Shown here one piece after another: positions 60,202 through 64,000 of a DNA stretch of 64,000 nt. A program made the translations under genes and the position numbers. The stretch is from Planctomycetota bacterium (GTDB lineage: Bacteria > Planctomycetota > UBA1135 > UBA2386), in contig JBKAGP010000001.1 in the NCBI GenBank assembly GCA_046290465.1, positions 2,432,001 through 2,496,000 of the forward strand. Direction: 5' to 3'. The notes beneath the pieces are model-generated. The model had not been told where the DNA came from. It was given only the letters and a program-made list of their open reading frames with translations, and searched no databases. Every line of letters begins with the position of its first letter. Within the stretch, counting starts at the first letter, position 1.

Positions 60202-62337
60202 ATGAACCTCCCCCACCTCCGCCTCCTCCTCCCGCTGCTGGCCGCGCTCGGCCTGATCGGCGCCGCGCGCGCCCAGGACGTTCGCGAACTCTCGGTGCCG
60301 ACGGCCCATCAGCAGCTGCTCAACGTCACCCAGGCGACCATCACCGGCGTCGTCAACAGCGGCTACCGGATCGTCGACCTCGAGTACCGCAGCGGCAGCG
60401 GCGCGTCCTCGCGCTTCCACGCAGCCCTGGTGCGCAACACCGGCAGCTATGCGACCAGCTGGTGGTGGTACCACAACCTGTCGGGCAGCCAGGTGCTGAG
60501 CCTTGCCACCAGCAACAACGCGCGCCTGATCGACCTCGAGTCGTACGTCGACTCGAGCGGCAGCCACCGGTTCGCCTGCGTGATGGTCAGCAACACCGGC
60601 GCCAACCAGAAGGCGTGGTGGTTCTACTACAACACGTCGATCAACGGCCTCAGCCAGCAGCTGGCCAACAACAACGCGCGCCTGGTCGACTTCGACGAGT
60701 ACGTCGTCAACGGCGTCACCTACTACCTCGGCGTGATGATCAGCAACACCGGCGCCGACCAGCGCAACTGGTGGTGGTACGTCGACCGCACGCCGGCCCA
60801 ACTGACCTCGCTGATCGGCAGCAACAGCGCGCGCCTCTACGACCTGGACCGCCGCGCGAACGGCAACTGGAACTGCATCATGATCCAGGACGTGCAGCCG
60901 ACCAACTGGCACTGGTGGTACAACGCGACCGCGAGCGACGTCGACTTCCTGGTCAACAACTACGGCGTGCGCCTCATCGACATCGAGTCGTACGTGGTCG
61001 GATTCTCGACGCGCTACGCGCTGCTGACGATCAACAACAGCAACGCGCTGACGACCAGTGTCGGCGCCGCGATGCGCGCCCGCACCGACGGCCAGGTCGG
61101 CTGCTGGCTGCAGGAGATCGGTGGGGCCAACCTCGCCGCGCTCAACAGCGCCACGCCGTTCGAGCCCGCCAGCACCATGAAGACGCTGCACCACGTGCAC
61201 GCGATGCGGCGCGTCGCGATCGGCGCGGTGCCGCTCAACCAGGGCCTGACCGTCTACACCGGCTACTCCGCGATCGACCCGAGCTGCCCGGTCGACGTCA
61301 ACCCGATCTTCCAGGGTCTGCAGACGGTGCTGCAGCTGATGATGGAGAACTCCGACAACGCGCGCACGCAAGCGGTGACGGCCTACTTCGGCCAGGGCGC
61401 GATCAACTCGACGGCGGCCGGGCTCGGCATGTCCGACACCAGCCTCAACCACCGCCTCGGCTGCGGCGCCGTGGCGGTCGCCAACCCCAACCGGACGACG
61501 CTCGCGGACCTGCACGAACTGCACGAGGCGGTCTCGAACGGCTACCTCGGCAGCTACCGCAACACGTTCTACAGCCTGATGCTCGACGACATCGCCGACC
61601 TGGGCGTGGCCGCCATGATCCAGTCCGAGGCCAACCAGCTCGGGCTCTCGGCGGCGACCGTGCAGACGTTCACGAGCTTCGTGCGGCTGGCGCACAAGGG
61701 CGGGGACTACGGCCTGCACAACGGCGGCCCGCTGTGGTTCGAACGCGCCGAGTTCGGCTGGCTGACGCTGCCGTTCGTCAGCGGTGGCGCGATCACCGAG
61801 CGCGAGTACACGTTCGGCGCGTTCGTCAACGACGCCAGCAACGGCCCGGTCGCCAGCGATGCGATCTACGTCGACGCGCTGCCCGGCATGCTGCGTCCGA
61901 CGATCCGCGCCGCGCTGACGACCTGGGGCAACAACCTCGCCGGCGTCGCCAGTCTGGGCTCCGGCTGCGGCAGCCCGCAGCACCTGCAGTCGGTCAGCGG
62001 CCTGCCGCGCATCGGCACGACGCCCGACTACATCGCGGTGCAGGGCTACCCGAGCGCGCTCGGCGCGTTCACGATGGGCCTGTCGGACAGCTGGTGGAAC
62101 GGCGTGCCGCTGCCGGCCTCGCTGGCCGCGATCGGCGGGGAGCCGGGCTGCCAGCTCTACCACGACGTCATCAGCGCGGACTTCTTCGTGTCGACCGCGG
62201 CGGGCGGAACGAGCTTCGCGTTCCCGATCCCCAACGACACCAACCTGCTCGGCTTCGAATACCTGTCGCAGTTCTGGTCGTTCGGCGCCGGCACGCTGAA
62301 GACGAGCAACGCGCTGCGCAGCACGGTCGGGCTCTGA
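60202..62337 (+). CDS. Secreted serine beta-lactamase-fold hydrolase with five N-terminal ~50-aa repeats and conserved C-terminal domain
   Basis: Signal peptide; repeats WWWY.N......NARL.D.E.Y; motifs STMK, SDN, HKGG; ends SNALRSTVGL. Confidence 0.85.
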   Translation: MNLPHLRLLLPLLAALGLIGAARAQDVRELSVPTAHQQLLNVTQATITGVVNSGYRIVDLEYRSGSGASSRFHAALVRNTGSYATSWWWYHNLSGSQVLSLATSNNARLIDLESYVDSSGSHRFACVMVSNTGANQKAWWFYYNTSINGLSQQLANNNARLVDFDEYVVNGVTYYLGVMISNTGADQRNWWWYVDRTPAQLTSLIGSNSARLYDLDRRANGNWNCIMIQDVQPTNWHWWYNATASDVDFLVNNYGVRLIDIESYVVGFSTRYALLTINNSNALTTSVGAAMRARTDGQVGCWLQEIGGANLAALNSATPFEPASTMKTLHHVHAMRRVAIGAVPLNQGLTVYTGYSAIDPSCPVDVNPIFQGLQTVLQLMMENSDNARTQAVTAYFGQGAINSTAAGLGMSDTSLNHRLGCGAVAVANPNRTTLADLHELHEAVSNGYLGSYRNTFYSLMLDDIADLGVAAMIQSEANQLGLSAATVQTFTSFVRLAHKGGDYGLHNGGPLWFERAEFGWLTLPFVSGGAITEREYTFGAFVNDASNGPVASDAIYVDALPGMLRPTIRAALTTWGNNLAGVASLGSGCGSPQHLQSVSGLPRIGTTPDYIAVQGYPSALGAFTMGLSDSWWNGVPLPASLAAIGGEPGCQLYHDVISADFFVSTAAGGTSFAFPIPNDTNLLGFEYLSQFWSFGAGTLKTSNALRSTVGL

Positions 62338-62416
62338 GCGCCCTGGGGCCGGTTACGGGGCCTGGGCGCGGGGGGCTGGACGCGGGGGGCTCCGAGGCCC
62401 TGCGGCGAAAGAAATG

Positions 62417-62449
62417 CGGCCCGTCGGACCAGGTCCGACGGGCCGTTTT
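62417..62449. terminator. Hairpin terminator between the hydrolase gene and the tRNA
   Basis: CGGCCCGTCGGACC-A-GGTCCGACGGGCCG followed by TTTT, with an A-rich run on the other side. Confidence 0.7.
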
Positions 62450-62454
62450 CCGTC

Positions 62455-62530
<76 letters not shown>

Positions 62531-62576
62531 GTAGGGGGGCGGCTACGCTAGCGAGTCGAAGCCCCTCGGTAAAGGG

Positions 62577-63695
62577 TCAGCGTGCGAGGAATTCGAGCGG
62601 GCCCGGACGCGGCAGACCGCGCATCTCGAAGGCGGTCAGTTCGGCCCTTCCGGACGGGAACGCCCACTCGGCCGACGCCTCGCGCAACAGCCGACCATCC
62701 GCCCCGGCGGTCAGCACACCGCGCACCGCCAGCGGCCCGCAGACGATCGCGCGAGACTCCAGCCGCAGTTCGCCCGCGACCAGCAGGGCCGCATCGCAGC
62801 GCAGGATCCGGTCGCAGCCGGGCGAACCGAGTCGCACACCGCCGCCGCCTTCGACCGCGCCGACGAACTGCACCGCGTCGACCAGGGTGTCGCCCGGGGA
62901 CCACCCGCCGCTGCCGTCGAGGTCGCGGAACACGACGTCGCCGTCCGACCGCTGCGTCAGCACCACCAGGCGCCCGGCGCCGCGCACGCGCAGCGACGCG
63001 CGCAGGTAGACGTTGCCGTGCACGACCACCACCAGGTCGCGCGGCAACTCGAGCGTGCAGTCGCGAACCAACCACAGGTTGCCCGGCACGCGCAGCAGGC
63101 CAGCGTCGACCGAGAACGGTCCCGGCGGCGGCTCGAGCACGTAGTCCTCCCGGTCCGTGCCCGACGAGAACGTGCGCAACGCGACCTCGGGGTCGCGGCG
63201 CAGGCCGAGCAGGCGGGTCGCGCACGCCGCGGTGCGCAGGGCTTCGGCGCGCAGCCGCGGCCAACGGCCCGCCGGCAGCCGGACGGCGCCGTCGAGCGCC
63301 TCGATCACCTCGTCGCCGCAGGCCGATCGCTGCACCGAGAGCGCCCGCGGCGAGTCCCCGGGGAGCATCGCGGCGACGACGCCGACCTGCTGGTCGCCCC
63401 CCACCGTGGTCACACGCAGGCGTTCTCCCAGCGTGTCGACCTCGTAGGTGCGCGCGCCGACCTCGACGCGGCGCGGCAGCGGCAGGCCGGGAGCGTGCGC
63501 GAGCAGCGCGGTGTCGGCCGCGAGCACGAGACGGGCGCGCTCGACGCGTTGCTGCACGGCGACGGCGTCGCGCACCAGACCGACGTGGCGGACGACCAGG
63601 GCGGACGCACACAGCAGCGCCGACAGGGTCACCAGCAGTGCCGGCGAGACCGCGCGCAGCGTGCAGGCCAGCAACGACGGGCGAGGCGCGTTCAC
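62577..63695 (-). CDS. Hypothetical protein with N-terminal TM (possibly PilX-like)
   Basis: N-terminal hydrophobic helix; beta-helix-like VPGNL/VHGNV repeats; coupled to the upstream ORF. Confidence 0.5.
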   Translation of the reverse strand: MNAPRPSLLACTLRAVSPALLVTLSALLCASALVVRHVGLVRDAVAVQQRVERARLVLAADTALLAHAPGLPLPRRVEVGARTYEVDTLGERLRVTTVGGDQQVGVVAAMLPGDSPRALSVQRSACGDEVIEALDGAVRLPAGRWPRLRAEALRTAACATRLLGLRRDPEVALRTFSSGTDREDYVLEPPPGPFSVDAGLLRVPGNLWLVRDCTLELPRDLVVVVHGNVYLRASLRVRGAGRLVVLTQRSDGDVVFRDLDGSGGWSPGDTLVDAVQFVGAVEGGGGVRLGSPGCDRILRCDAALLVAGELRLESRAIVCGPLAVRGVLTAGADGRLLREASAEWAFPSGRAELTAFEMRGLPRPGPLEFLAR

Positions 63696-63991
63696 CGCGG
63701 CAGCACCTCCGCGAGCGGGTCCGGCGCGTCACCGCCGCCGGCGAACACCAGGAACACCGCGTCCCCGCGCCGTTCGGCGTCGAGGCGCATGCCATCGAAC
63801 AGCGACTCCAGCTCCCCGAGTTCTGCTCGGGTCGGCAGGGCGCCGCCGCGACAACGGGCGCGGATCCCGTCGAGGCGATCGAGCGCCACCTGACGTTCGC
63901 AGAGGGTGCGGTGCGCGGCTGCCTGGCGCTGCAGGACGACGCCGCCGATCGCGAGCAGGGTCGCCGCCGCCGACATCGTGACGGCGGCCAT
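63692..63991 (-). CDS. Small hypothetical membrane protein, possibly extending beyond the window
   Basis: Hydrophobic N-terminal stretch; 4-nt overlap with the downstream ORF. Confidence 0.4.
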   Translation of the reverse strand: MAAVTMSAAATLLAIGGVVLQRQAAAHRTLCERQVALDRLDGIRARCRGGALPTRAELGELESLFDGMRLDAERRGDAVFLVFAGGGDAPDPLAEVLPR

Positions 63992-64000
63992 GCGAGCCCG

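Noticed and set aside
60202..62337. Calling this an antibiotic-resistance beta-lactamase
   Set aside because: Only the fold motifs are present; the repeat and C-terminal domains point to a secreted peptidase-like role

Overview
High-GC bacterial chromosome segment. Gene content suggests an uncultured Planctomycetota (inference from the ECF sigma + Ser/Thr kinase pair, M56/BlaI, RGG-rich carboxypeptidase-regulatory-domain protein, and several secreted proteins sharing a C-terminal domain). The centre (~31.9-42.4 kb) is a complete type I-G (I-U) CRISPR-Cas locus: an 18-repeat/17-spacer array, cas2 and a cas4-cas1 fusion on the minus strand, and divergent cas3-cas8g-cas7g(csb1)-csb2, where Csb2 has an extra Cas6-like module. 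Translating the spacers shows one matching motif C of a T7-like phage RNA polymerase and two matching the two conserved ends of one small phage protein family, probably a nucleotide-signal sponge (anti-defence). Other modules: a PaO-like Rieske oxygenase / 32-aa peptide / SGNH-methyltransferase operon; a cobalamin riboswitch in front of a secreted protein, divergent from QueG/CblC-like Fe-S and BtuF-like genes; BlaI with an M56-LysM protein; iscS-like + mutS; lptFG; an ABC-HlyD-TolC exporter; a thiolase-hbd operon with two complementary, probably heteromeric acyl-CoA dehydrogenases; two copies of a ~90-nt palindromic repeat; tRNA-Ala(CGC). All calls come from reading motifs by eye; no searches were run.
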